The notes: generated by a model not told the origin, from the sequence alone. Shown: positions 18,691 through 28,079, numbered from the stretch's first letter. The stretch is DNA of 64,000 nt from Myxococcota bacterium (GCA_029941885.1 JAPYTP010000001.1:13989-77988); one strand, 5' to 3'. Numbers and translations: made by a program.

Positions 18691-19179
18691 TCAATTCTCG
18701 GGTTGATTCGCTCGGCCGCCGGACGCGGGCCGATCGCCGGAGCCCGCTTCGACTCCGTCCATTTCCACACGGATGCGGCGCAATTTGAGGTGGAGGATCC
18801 GCCATTCTCCGTCCGGGTCCCGACGGTACTTCTCCTCGTACCATCCGAGGCCCCAGAGATGTTCGAAAGGGGATCCCTTGGGCCACCACAGCCTGTCCTC
18901 CATCGCCCAGGTGCCCTCCGCCGTCTCGGGGCCCGTCAGCGTGATGATGGGTGTATGTCCCTGGTGACAGGTCCGGACGTTCTCGAGGATCGGCGGAAGG
19001 AATTCCCTGAACGTCTGGCGGCCGTGCAGGATCGGCGTGCCTTCCTCGGTCGTGTCGATCGTGACGTCCTCGCAGAACACATTTGCCCACTCATCCCAGC
19101 GTTTCTGGTCCATCAGCAGGAAGTAGCGGGCCTTCAACTGCTTGATCTTCTCGATCTCCACCAGGTCGTCGGGGCTCAT
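18691..19179 (-). CDS. NTF2/SnoaL-like (SnoaL_4, BaiE-like) protein
   Basis: IEKIKQLKARYFLLMDQKRWDEW...; about 160 aa. AAGGAG SD upstream of ATG 19179. Confidence 0.7.
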   Translation of the reverse strand: MSPDDLVEIEKIKQLKARYFLLMDQKRWDEWANVFCEDVTIDTTEEGTPILHGRQTFREFLPPILENVRTCHQGHTPIITLTGPETAEGTWAMEDRLWWPKGSPFEHLWGLGWYEEKYRRDPDGEWRILHLKLRRIRVEMDGVEAGSGDRPASGGRANQPEN

Positions 19180-19462
19180 CGTCTCTCCTTCGGATCGAAT
19201 CATTCTATCCGCCCCGAGTGGGCGGGGTAGGGTGCTGACGATGCCCAAGCCGCGTCTTGGGAGCACCCGGACCAGGTTGGTTCGGACGCGGAGCGGGCGC
19301 ATTCGCCGAGCGTCCTCAGCGAGGGTGTCGGGTTTCCTGAAGAGCTTTCCCCCAAGGGGAGCCATTCTGTCGATGTTCTTGGACTTTCTCAGTCGGGGGA
19401 GTGGAAAAGGGGCTCAGACGTGGGAGGACTGATTCTGATGTCCACTTTTTTGGCTATCCAAT

Positions 19463-19487
19463 GAAATTGACATTGATATTCAATTTC
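19463..19487. promoter_or_regulatory. Fur-box-like AT-rich palindrome overlapping a candidate bfd promoter
   Basis: GAAATTGA-N9-TCAATTTC perfect 8-bp inverted repeat containing ATTGATATTCAAT. TTGATA (19473-19478), 17 nt, then TAGAAT (19496-19501) gives a plausible sigma70 promoter about 65 nt upstream of bfd. Confidence 0.45.
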
Positions 19488-19567
19488 TCTCGCCATAGAA
19501 TTCCCACTCCTCCGGACCGAACCGCTCTCGGGTCTCGCCGGAAGGGCACCGACGAAGGAAGTCCCCG

Positions 19568-19804
19568 ATGCTCGTTTGTCATTGTCGCGGAATCACCGAT
19601 CGCCAGATTCGCCGCCTCGTAAGGGACGGCGCCAGTTCGACTCGCGAGGTCGCGCGCGCGACCGGAGCGGGCATGCGGTGTGGCGGGTGTCGCTCGAACG
19701 TGACGAAGGTCGTAGCCGACGCCGTCGAGCAGGAATTCCACCGAGCAGGTTCGTCGATCGCAGCCGAGATGCTGCTTCCGCTTTCGATTCCCGTCGAGGG
19801 CTGA
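19568..19804 (+). CDS. bfd: Bacterioferritin-associated ferredoxin (Bfd-like [2Fe-2S] protein)
   Basis: MLVCHCRGITDRQIR ... CGGC: the CxC...CxxC pattern and ~78 aa size are typical of Bfd. Confidence 0.8.
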   Translation: MLVCHCRGITDRQIRRLVRDGASSTREVARATGAGMRCGGCRSNVTKVVADAVEQEFHRAGSSIAAEMLLPLSIPVEG

Positions 19805-19953
19805 TTCGCAATCCACGAGGTCCGAGGGGTGTCGGGTTCGAGGTATGACGCTTCCTGGCGGTGCTGAACTGCCTGCGGCGTGCTGCGTTGCGGGCCGTGT
19901 CGCTCATTTGTCGAGCGGTCGCGAGAGCGGATTCGTGAATCGGTCTCGATTGT

Positions 19954-20658
19954 TCAGGGGCTTTCGGATTCCTGCGCGGCCTTGACGCGAAGCCAGGATT
20001 CGAGGCTCGAGAGGCGACTGGGTCCGTGGTGCTCGTCGAGACCGATGGCCCACTCGATCGCTTCGATCAACAGATCGCTCGAGAGTCCGAAGACACTTCC
20101 CCCCTCCCAGCGCAGCGTCGAGTTGTAGTAGACGTCGCCACCCACATCGGCTTGCTCGAGGCTATACGCATCGGGGGCGAAGAGGGCCGATACGCTCGGC
20201 GTATGAATCGCCTCGACTTCATCGGGATTGGGCGCCAGGGTCGGTCGAGCATCGAGCCATCCCACGATCGGGACGAGGAGATGTCCCGCCCCGCTCCACG
20301 CGTCATCGAGGCGCCCGAGGATCTCGATCCGCGCCCGTGGAATCCCGACTTCTTCTTCGGTCTCCCTGAGAGCGCCCGCGGTCCAGTCTTCCCCGTCTTC
20401 GAGTCGCCCGCCGGGAAACGACATCTGTCCTGGATGTCCGCGCAGCGATGTTGCCCGCTTGGTCAACAAGACGTGCAAATCGCTGGCCTCACGCCAGAAA
20501 CAGATCAGCACACTCGAGCGCTTGAAGGAGTCCGGGACGCTTTCGCTTGGGAAGCGGAAGGGTTCGCGCCGGTCGATCGCTCGGAGACGCGTCTCGAAGA
20601 GGGTGGCGTCGAAACGGGCGCGGAATGGATGGGGTGCGGAAACCAGAACCGATGCCAC
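19954..20658 (-). CDS. Nudix hydrolase, CoA pyrophosphatase-like
   Basis: Nudix box GGRLEDGEDWTAGALRETEEEVGI preceded by LLTKRA..LR.HPGQ.SFPGG, typical of the NudL/CoA pyrophosphatase group. GTG start. Confidence 0.8.
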   Translation of the reverse strand: MASVLVSAPHPFRARFDATLFETRLRAIDRREPFRFPSESVPDSFKRSSVLICFWREASDLHVLLTKRATSLRGHPGQMSFPGGRLEDGEDWTAGALRETEEEVGIPRARIEILGRLDDAWSGAGHLLVPIVGWLDARPTLAPNPDEVEAIHTPSVSALFAPDAYSLEQADVGGDVYYNSTLRWEGGSVFGLSSDLLIEAIEWAIGLDEHHGPSRLSSLESWLRVKAAQESESP

Positions 20659-20661
20659 GGC

Positions 20662-21072
20662 TCAATCCGACGTGCTGGGCGAGTACTGCTCGTGTTGAGG
20701 CAGGTCGTCGTCGATCGGATACCACGCGGCCTTCGAGCCGACGAAGATATGTGCCCGAGGTCGGCTACCGGGGTCATCGTCGAGGGTTCCGACCGTGATG
20801 AAATCGAATTGTGGGGCTTCGGAATGACGGTAGAGCAGACTCGATCCGCATCGTCCACAGAACGAACGCGTGGCGACGTCCGAGGACTGGTATTCCCTGA
20901 GCTGATCCCGGCCCGTGGTGAATGTCAGGGACTCGCTCGGGACGCGGCCGTAGGTGGCGAATGCCGAGCCATGGGACCGACGGCACATCGAACAGTGACA
21001 GTGGTCGATGGCCTCGAGCGCGAAGGGGGTCTCGTATCGGATGGCCCCGCACAGGCAGGATCCCTTCGGCAT
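20662..21072 (-). CDS. GFA family (glutathione-dependent formaldehyde-activating / CENP-V-like) protein
   Basis: GSCLCGAIRY...CHCSMCRR..G...FCGRCGS zinc-cysteine pattern. Confidence 0.8.
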   Translation of the reverse strand: MPKGSCLCGAIRYETPFALEAIDHCHCSMCRRSHGSAFATYGRVPSESLTFTTGRDQLREYQSSDVATRSFCGRCGSSLLYRHSEAPQFDFITVGTLDDDPGSRPRAHIFVGSKAAWYPIDDDLPQHEQYSPSTSD

Positions 21073-21119
21073 CGTGGTGCGTTCCTTCTTGTTTCGCGGT
21101 GCCCTGGGCGCCGCGTTCG

Positions 21120-22178
21120 TTATTCGAAGCCGAGGTTCTTCATGTCGATGACGTTGCGGAGTTCGTCTCCGCGCAGGAAGCGCTCGAGATTGTCGAAGAA
21201 GAGGTCGAAGACGTCGTCCATATAGCGATCGACGGAGACCGAAGAATGAGCCGAGACATAGACGTTCGGGATGTCCCAGAGCGGACTCGCGGGATCGAGC
21301 GGTTCGGGGTCGAAGACGTCGAGTACCGCCGCCGCCAGGGGATCTTCGAGCATGACCCGGGCGAGTTCAGCTTCGTCCACGAGCGTTCCGCGTGCGACGT
21401 TTACGAGGACCGCATGCCGTGGGATCGCCGCGAGGGCGGCCGCGTCGATCAGGTGGTGAGTCTCGGCGGTCGCGGGCGCCGAGACGATCACCGCATCGGA
21501 CTGAGCCAGCAGCTCGTATAGTCGGTCGGTCGAGAAGAGTTCGTCGACGTCGTCGGACACGTCCCCCGGGCGCGCGCTGCGTTTCAGCCCCAGCGTACGG
21601 CAGCCGAGGGCTCGCGCGCGCGAGGCCACCGCCTTGCCGATCCCCCCGAGTCCCACGATGCCGATCGTCGATCCAGAAAAAGTGCGGCCGTAGCTACGTT
21701 CGAAACGATGGGCCACCTGGAATTCGTCGGCCTCGCGAAAGCGTTTCCAGACCTGGAGCAATCGGCCGATGACCCATTCGGACATCGATCCGGCACTCAC
21801 GCCGGAACAATTCGTGAGGACGACGCGATCCTGGACGACTCCCGCGGTCGAGAATTGCTCGACACCGGCGCCCGCGCCCTGGATCCAGCGCAGATTCGGT
21901 GCCCGCTCGGCGAGACGATCCGGCGTGTGGAGCGTTGTCAAGATATGCATCTTTGCAAGGACGGCCTCGCGCTCGGCTGCGACCGAAGTCGCCCAGGGCG
22001 GAGGCTCTGGATAGGGATGACCTGCGGCTTCGATCGCCCAGTCGGCCCCAGGATCGATGGGCAAGACCCGGGCCTCGATCCCGTCGAGGGTCGCGAGACG
22101 TTCGAGATATTTTTTCTGGGCAAAGGGTGGGAATCCCAGACAGACCCGGATCGGGTCCGATTTCGATCCATGACTCAT
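21120..22178 (-). CDS. D-isomer-specific 2-hydroxyacid dehydrogenase (NAD-binding)
   Basis: GIVGLGGIGKAVASRARALG Rossmann motif, NVARG, and a late SAHSS catalytic His region. Confidence 0.85.
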   Translation of the reverse strand: MSHGSKSDPIRVCLGFPPFAQKKYLERLATLDGIEARVLPIDPGADWAIEAAGHPYPEPPPWATSVAAEREAVLAKMHILTTLHTPDRLAERAPNLRWIQGAGAGVEQFSTAGVVQDRVVLTNCSGVSAGSMSEWVIGRLLQVWKRFREADEFQVAHRFERSYGRTFSGSTIGIVGLGGIGKAVASRARALGCRTLGLKRSARPGDVSDDVDELFSTDRLYELLAQSDAVIVSAPATAETHHLIDAAALAAIPRHAVLVNVARGTLVDEAELARVMLEDPLAAAVLDVFDPEPLDPASPLWDIPNVYVSAHSSVSVDRYMDDVFDLFFDNLERFLRGDELRNVIDMKNLGFE

Positions 22179-22220
22179 GTTGTTCGCACTCCCAGCGCAA
22201 GAATTCCGTGATCCGTGTCG

Positions 22221-22886
22221 CTAATTCAGGTCGACCCAACGTTTGCCGATCCCCCGGGTGATTGGGGAGATCACGGCCTGGAAGGAATCACGCGCATGCA
22301 TTCGCTTCGTAAAGGCGTGCAGCGCGGGCCAGCGATCCCGGTCGGGAACGACCCCGGCCAGCCGCAGATTGACGAGCGGAGAGGCGACCCCGATATCGGC
22401 GATCGAGAGGGAATCCCCCACGAAGAACTCGCCGTCTGCGAGCTGGTCGTCGAGGTATCCGAGCAGTGGGGGCAGATCCTGGTCGATCACCTTCTGGGCG
22501 CCTTCTTCGTCCGGTTCCGCCCCCGTCATCATCGGACGCAGCACGAGTGCCTGGAAGATTCCGGGCCCGATGACGGGAACCAGCCCACCATCCGCAAATT
22601 CCTCGATCCATTCGGCTCGGGCGGCCTCGAAGGGGTCGCTCGGGTAGAGCGCCGGGTTCGGCTCGATTCGATCCAGGTATCGGGCGATGACAGAGGAATC
22701 GTTCACGATCCGGTCATCATGGCGAAATGCGGGGATCTTGCCGAGCGGACTGGTCTCGCGAAAATCGTCGGGTGGTGAGAAGGGATTGACGGGCTCGGCT
22801 TCGAAATCGAGGCCCTTTTCGAGCAGGACGATGTTGATCTTTCGAACGAAGGGGGAGATCGGGCTTCCGATCAGGGTCAATGACAT
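22221..22886 (-). CDS. Glutathione S-transferase
   Basis: LIGSPISPFVRKINIVLLEKGL, PLGKIPAF, and a C-terminal helical domain. Confidence 0.85.
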   Translation of the reverse strand: MSLTLIGSPISPFVRKINIVLLEKGLDFEAEPVNPFSPPDDFRETSPLGKIPAFRHDDRIVNDSSVIARYLDRIEPNPALYPSDPFEAARAEWIEEFADGGLVPVIGPGIFQALVLRPMMTGAEPDEEGAQKVIDQDLPPLLGYLDDQLADGEFFVGDSLSIADIGVASPLVNLRLAGVVPDRDRWPALHAFTKRMHARDSFQAVISPITRGIGKRWVDLN

Positions 22887-23220
22887 CGGGTGGGGAGCCT
22901 TTCGGGTTCGGCTGCGAGCGCGACCCGAGTGTCGCGTTTCCGGTGGGTGAGTTCAAACGCGCCCGTTTTGGTCGGAGAAGGGACGAGAAGCGGTGCAATT
23001 CTCGGGCGCGAGGCGCGGGTTTCTGGCTGCCCGAGCAATGAATGCCACCAATCAGGGAAAGACCGGATCGACAATCCTGCCAGATGCCGGAACAGTGGGT
23101 GAGGCGTGCCGGCTCCCCGGGCTCGCATGGGTGACGGACCCGGGTAGACGATCTCTTTGCGATCGCGACGGTCGAACACGCGATATCCCTTCCCGACTGC
23201 GGGAAGGAAAGGGGGTGATC

Positions 23221-23385
23221 ATGGGAAAGGCTTGCGCCTGGTGCGGAGCAGTACTTCAAACGATTTCGCGTCCCTCCATCAGCACCATGAGCCATGCGCT
23301 TTGTCAAGGATGTCTCGAAGAACTCCAATCCGCGTTGTCGACCAGTGGTCTGCGGACGGGAGAAACGAAGCCCGGAACGAACTAG
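23221..23385 (+). CDS. Small zinc-ribbon-like protein (54 aa)
   Basis: MGKACAWCGAVL...SHALCQGCL: a CxxC...HxxCxxC pattern recalled from small bacterial zinc-ribbon proteins. GGAAAGGGGG SD directly upstream. GC3 is lower than typical here. Confidence 0.5.
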   Translation: MGKACAWCGAVLQTISRPSISTMSHALCQGCLEELQSALSTSGLRTGETKPGTN

Positions 23386-23523
23386 CGGAAAGATCGCCGT
23401 CGTCGCGCTGGGTACGACTCGCTGCGCGCGAATCGAGCTGGTAGCGTCACTCCTTGCCGGGTCCCAATGGACCTGCATGCGCCGTTTTCTGTTGCGCTGC
23501 GCGGACGCGAGGAAGAGGCGCGG

Positions 23524-24393
23524 ATGAAATTCTGGCAGTCGATCACCTGGGCCGAGACGGATCAACTCTGTGAGATCGCCCGATTTGCCGACGAACTCGG
23601 CTTCGAAGGGATCATCGGCGCCGACCACGCGCTCTATCCGAAAACGATGGTGCCCGGCTATCCCTACTCAGAGTCCGGCTATCCGCCGCAGACGGCCGAG
23701 AGCGAATATCCCGACATGTGGACGAGTACGGCGGCGATGGCCGCGGTGACGACTCGCATTCGCTTCGTCTGCGGCGTGTATGTACTGCCTCTGCGCGATC
23801 CGATCGAGGTCGCGAAGCAGGCGGCGACGCTGGCAATCCTTTCGAGGGGACGATTCGCGCTTGGCATCGGTGCCGGGTGGATGAAGGAAGAATTCGATAT
23901 CTATGGCGTCGAATTCTCGAGCCGGGGTCGGCGGATGGACGAGATGATCGACGTGATGCAGGGCCTCTGGACCGGGGACTTCTTCGAGTATCACGGCGAG
24001 TTCTTCGATTTCGATCCGATCGTGGTGAGCCCGAAACCCAGCCACCCGATTCCGATCTACGTGGGTGGCGCCGCACCGGCCGCGTTGCGTCGGACGGCGA
24101 GGGTCGGCGACGGGTGGATCGGAGCGGGGAACGCGCCCGAGGACGTTCCTGCCGTGTTGGGGGAGATAGAGCGCTTGCGCCTCGAGGCGGGCCGGGCCGA
24201 TCAGCCCTTCGACTCCCTCGTTGGAGTCTATGCGGATCCCGACGTCGATCTCTTTCGCCGACTCGAAGACGACGGGATGACCTCGGGGATCCATCTTCCC
24301 TTCTGGTTCGCCTTCGATGGCCCGTCGACCCTCGATCAGAAGAAGGCGTTGATGGAGCGCTTTGCCGAGGAGATCATTCGACACTTCGTCTGA
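23524..24393 (+). CDS. LLM-class (luciferase-like) F420-type oxidoreductase, paralogue 1
   Basis: MKFWQS..., LGIGAGWMKEEF, PKPSHPIPIYVGG. Paralogous to the genes at 33136 and 60407. Confidence 0.8.
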   Translation: MKFWQSITWAETDQLCEIARFADELGFEGIIGADHALYPKTMVPGYPYSESGYPPQTAESEYPDMWTSTAAMAAVTTRIRFVCGVYVLPLRDPIEVAKQAATLAILSRGRFALGIGAGWMKEEFDIYGVEFSSRGRRMDEMIDVMQGLWTGDFFEYHGEFFDFDPIVVSPKPSHPIPIYVGGAAPAALRRTARVGDGWIGAGNAPEDVPAVLGEIERLRLEAGRADQPFDSLVGVYADPDVDLFRRLEDDGMTSGIHLPFWFAFDGPSTLDQKKALMERFAEEIIRHFV

Positions 24394-24425
24394 CGCATCG
24401 AGCAAGCCGACGAGTTGCCGAGACG

Positions 24426-25316
24426 TCACACCGAGACGGGCTGATCGGACTCATCCGAGGGAGCGAGCACGCCACGCTTCTCGAGATAACGCCAGCCAAC
24501 GAGAATCAGGACTCCGCCCGGGGTCTGAAAAATCGAGAAGGCGAAGATCGGCAACACCGCTTCGAAATCGAGCACCTGTCCGACGAGCACGATCCCGAGC
24601 AAGGTGTTCTTGACGATCATCTCGACGGCGATCGTGACCGTATCGCGCGGGGAGACACGCAATAGCGGCGGTAGGGTAATCCCGACGACGATCGCCGCGA
24701 TGGCAAGGGTGGCTGCGGGCGCGAGCGAACGGAGGAACTCCTCCACGGGAACTTCAGGCTGGCTCGTCCCTCGGAAGATCATTCCGCCGACGATCACGCT
24801 GGCGGCGACGAGCGAAAGCTTGCGCTCCCATACAGAGGTAGCGGGCCATCGATGCCGCACGCCCATCCCGATGGCGACGGGCAGGATCGTGAGCATTCCG
24901 AGCCGGAGAGCGGTGTCGAGCACGGGCATGTCGATCGGGGTGACGCCCGTCGACGAGAAGGTCGTCAGCGCGAACTGGATCCAGAGAGGGAGCGTGAAGA
25001 GCGTGACGAAGGTGGCCGTCGCGGTGAGCGTGATCGAGAGCGCTGTGTGTCCGCGCGCCAGATGGACGTACATGTTCGAGAACATGCCGCCGGGGCAGGC
25101 TGCAACGACGACGATTCCGGTGAAAAGGATCGGTGAGAGCTCAAAAAAGTGGGCGACTGCGATTCCCACGACGGGCATCGCGACGAGCTGCAGGGCGGTG
25201 CCGACGAGCGTCGCGCGTGGACTCGTCGCGATTCGGCGAAAATCGTCGGCGCCCAGGCTGAGGCCCATCCCGAACATCAGCGCGAACATCGCCGCGCTGA
25301 GCGCGAGATCGACCAT
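24426..25316 (-). CDS. Bile acid:Na+ symporter (BASS) family transporter
   Basis: FALMFGMGLSL..DF, QLVAMPVVG, AACPGGMFSN. The track start is TTG 25328; ATG 25316 is preferred. Confidence 0.8.
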   Translation of the reverse strand: MVDLALSAAMFALMFGMGLSLGADDFRRIATSPRATLVGTALQLVAMPVVGIAVAHFFELSPILFTGIVVVAACPGGMFSNMYVHLARGHTALSITLTATATFVTLFTLPLWIQFALTTFSSTGVTPIDMPVLDTALRLGMLTILPVAIGMGVRHRWPATSVWERKLSLVAASVIVGGMIFRGTSQPEVPVEEFLRSLAPAATLAIAAIVVGITLPPLLRVSPRDTVTIAVEMIVKNTLLGIVLVGQVLDFEAVLPIFAFSIFQTPGGVLILVGWRYLEKRGVLAPSDESDQPVSV

Positions 25317-25407
25317 CCCCTCTTCCAATCCCGACTCCCGTCCCTGTCTCGGATGATCCTCTTGTTGCCGATGTAGGTCGCGCGGTCCGCCCGAAAAGTT
25401 TCAGTCT

Positions 25408-26649
25408 CTAGCCCCGGAGAAGATCCTTCGCGATCGCTCGAATCTGGATCTCGTCCGTGCCAGCGTAGATCTGGAGGACCTTGGAGTCCCGGGCGAATTG
25501 CTCGACGACGTATTCCGACATATATCCATTTCCGCCGTACACCTGCACCGCTTCCATCGCGACTTCGACCGCTGCGCGGGCAGCATAGAGCTTCATCGCG
25601 GACGCCTCCGCAAACGTCATCGTCTTTCCGTGTGCGGTGAGTTCGACGGTACGAAAGACCAGGTTCTGGAGGTTCATGCGGGCGACCTCCATGCGCGCGA
25701 GTTTGTCCTGGATCAGTTGGTACTCGCCGATTGGTCGTCCGAACTGGACGCGCTCCCGAGCGTATTTGAGCGAGAGTTCGAGACATCGGTCGACCATGCC
25801 CAGCGCCATTGCGGCCACGCCCGATCGCTCGGTCTGAAACGTGCTCTTCGCGCCTTCGCGACCCCCGCCGCTCTTGCTCAGTGCCGCTTCGCCCCCGAGC
25901 AGCTGGTCCATTCCGACGCGAACGTCCGCTAGAAAGAGCTCTCCGGTCGGGGAGGAATGCATGCCCATCTTGCGCAGCGGCGCGCTCTGTTCGAAGCCCG
26001 GTGTGCCGCGCTCGAGCACGAAGTTCAGGATCTTGCGATCGCGGATATCGACGCCTTCCTCTTCGAGCTTGCAGATGAAGACCGTCGTGTCGGCGAAGGG
26101 GCCGTTCGTGATGAAGGTCTTCGAGCCGTTCAGGACGAACCCGTCGCCCTCTCGTCGCGCTGAAGCGCGCATGCCGCCAAACGCATCCGAACCGGAGCCC
26201 GGCTCGGTGATTGCCCAGGCACCGATCTTCTCGAGCGTTAGGACATCGAGTGCCCAGCGCTCCTTCTGCTCCGTAGTTCCCTTCGACAGGATGGCCGATC
26301 CGGTGAGTCCGGTGCTGACGCCGAGGGCCGTCACCATGCCCGGGCAATAGCGGCAGAGTTCGATGATCGGAATCAGGGTGGCGGCGGCCTGGTCGGCCCT
26401 TGCCGCCGGATCCTTCTCTTCGCGGGCGCCCTTCTCTTTGGCATCGCCCCTCTTCTCGGCGGCGATCTGCTTGGCGAACCGCGCTCGCGCCATCTCGTCC
26501 ATGCCGAAGGCGGAGTACATCTTTCGAAGCAGGTCGTAGGGAGGCAGGTCGCCGTGTTCGAGATCTTCGACGTGGGGCGCGATCTCGTTTTCGACGAATT
26601 GCCGAACGGCGTCCCGAATCATCAGCTGGGACTCACTCCATTCGTGCAT
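25408..26649 (-). CDS. Acyl-CoA dehydrogenase
   Basis: ITEPGSGSDAFGM, NGSKTFITNG, QVYGGNGYMSEY. AGGAGA SD. Confidence 0.9.
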   Translation of the reverse strand: MHEWSESQLMIRDAVRQFVENEIAPHVEDLEHGDLPPYDLLRKMYSAFGMDEMARARFAKQIAAEKRGDAKEKGAREEKDPAARADQAAATLIPIIELCRYCPGMVTALGVSTGLTGSAILSKGTTEQKERWALDVLTLEKIGAWAITEPGSGSDAFGGMRASARREGDGFVLNGSKTFITNGPFADTTVFICKLEEEGVDIRDRKILNFVLERGTPGFEQSAPLRKMGMHSSPTGELFLADVRVGMDQLLGGEAALSKSGGGREGAKSTFQTERSGVAAMALGMVDRCLELSLKYARERVQFGRPIGEYQLIQDKLARMEVARMNLQNLVFRTVELTAHGKTMTFAEASAMKLYAARAAVEVAMEAVQVYGGNGYMSEYVVEQFARDSKVLQIYAGTDEIQIRAIAKDLLRG

Positions 26650-26714
26650 CTTCGGTCTCCTGAGAGGGCGCGGGATTGGGTGGCTTCGGACAGAGTGGCG
26701 CTCGGCCGGTCGGG

Positions 26715-26736
26715 CGGGAGTCTAGCTGGACTCCCG
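26715..26736. promoter_or_regulatory. 22-bp imperfect palindrome in the ACAD/P450 divergent intergenic region
   Basis: CGGGAGTCTAG|CTGGACTCCCG, one mismatched pair. Read directly. No known operator consensus matched. Confidence 0.3.
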
Positions 26737-26798
26737 GTCGCCTGGATGGATTCGGTGACCGCTTGACGGTCAAAAGAGCTGACTTACGTTCGGGAGCC

Positions 26799-28079
26799 AT
26801 GAAGATCAAGCAAGTTCAAGGCGTCGACGAGATCGATCTCTCCCAGCGCGATTTCTGGCTCCGTCCGGTCGAGGAGCGCGAGGGTGCCTTCGCGACGCTT
26901 CGGGCGGAGCGACCGATTCCCTTTCTCACGGAACAGGAGATTCTCGACCTGCCGCTCCCGGTCGGGCCGGGCTACTGGTCGCTGACGCGACACGCTGATG
27001 TTCTCGAGGCGAGTCGTGCTCCCGAGATCTTCTGTTCCGGCAAGGGCGCGACGTCGATCCAGGACCTGCCGAAGGAGTTCAATGAATTCTTTGGCGGCAT
27101 GATCAACATGGACGACCCCCGCCACGGCCGCCAGCGCCGGATCGTGTCGCGCGGCTTCACGCCCCGAGCTCTCGCTCGCCTGGAAGCGAGCGTACAAGGT
27201 CGAGCGGATTCGATCATCGACCGTGTCATCGAGCGAGGCGAATGCGATTTCGTGTCCGATATTGCTGCGCCGCTCCCCCTCGAGATCATCTGCGACATGA
27301 TGGGTATCCCCGAGAGTCAGACTGAGATGGTCTTCGAAAAGACCAATCTCATCCTCGGGCTCGGTGACACCGAGCTCGTCCCCGAGTCCGGCAACATCAT
27401 CGCGGCGGCGCTGGGTGCGGGCGGGGAACTCGCGGCCTTGATGAACGAGATGGCGGAGATGCGCCGGCGCGATCCCCGGGATGACCTCACGTCGGCGCTG
27501 CTCAACGCCGACCTCGAAGATGGCGCGATGACGGGTGATGAACTCGCGTCGTTTTTCGTGTTGCTCGTCGTGGCAGGCAACGAGACGACGCGCAACGCGA
27601 TCAGCCACGGGATGAAGGCACTCTGCGACTACCCGGAAGAGCGGGCACGCTGGGCCTTGGACTTCGAGGGCGTCAGTGCGACCGCGGTTGAAGAGATCAT
27701 CCGCTGGGCCACACCTGTGATTCATATGCGGCGAACGTGTGCGCGAGATACGGTGCTAGGCGGACAGGAAATGAAAGAGGGAGACAAGGTCGTTCTCTGG
27801 TACGCCTCCGCGAATCGCGACGAAGAAGTGTTCGAGAATCCCCATCGCTTCGATGTCAAACGATCGCCTAACGAGCATGTCGGCTTTGGTGGACCGGGTC
27901 CGCATTTCTGTCTCGGCGCGAATCTGGCCAGACGAGAGATTCGGGTGATGTTCGAACGGATCTTCAAGCGCATGCCCGACCTCGAGATCACGGGCGCACC
28001 CGACCGACTGCAGTCGAATTTCATCAACGGTATCAAGCGCATGCCCTGTGCGTATTCGCCGGGGAAGCCCGAGAGTTGA
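26799..28079 (+). CDS. Cytochrome P450 (resembles the CYP125/CYP142/CYP124 lipid/sterol omega-hydroxylase group)
   Basis: Heme loop FGGPGPHFCLGANLARRE, I-helix LLVVAGNETTRN, EXXR region AVEEIIRWATPV, and ICDMMGIP. Family-level call is from memory only. Confidence 0.9.
   Translation: MKIKQVQGVDEIDLSQRDFWLRPVEEREGAFATLRAERPIPFLTEQEILDLPLPVGPGYWSLTRHADVLEASRAPEIFCSGKGATSIQDLPKEFNEFFGGMINMDDPRHGRQRRIVSRGFTPRALARLEASVQGRADSIIDRVIERGECDFVSDIAAPLPLEIICDMMGIPESQTEMVFEKTNLILGLGDTELVPESGNIIAAALGAGGELAALMNEMAEMRRRDPRDDLTSALLNADLEDGAMTGDELASFFVLLVVAGNETTRNAISHGMKALCDYPEERARWALDFEGVSATAVEEIIRWATPVIHMRRTCARDTVLGGQEMKEGDKVVLWYASANRDEEVFENPHRFDVKRSPNEHVGFGGPGPHFCLGANLARREIRVMFERIFKRMPDLEITGAPDRLQSNFINGIKRMPCAYSPGKPES

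Noticed and set aside
23050-23100. Possible cobalamin riboswitch core (AGGGAA...CCGG...AATCC..GC...ACAGTGGG)
   Set aside because: It resembles the AGGGAA/GGTG..AA.CC region only loosely, and the B12 box (GCCACTG) is absent. The downstream genes are not B12-related. This cannot be supported without a covariance-model scan.
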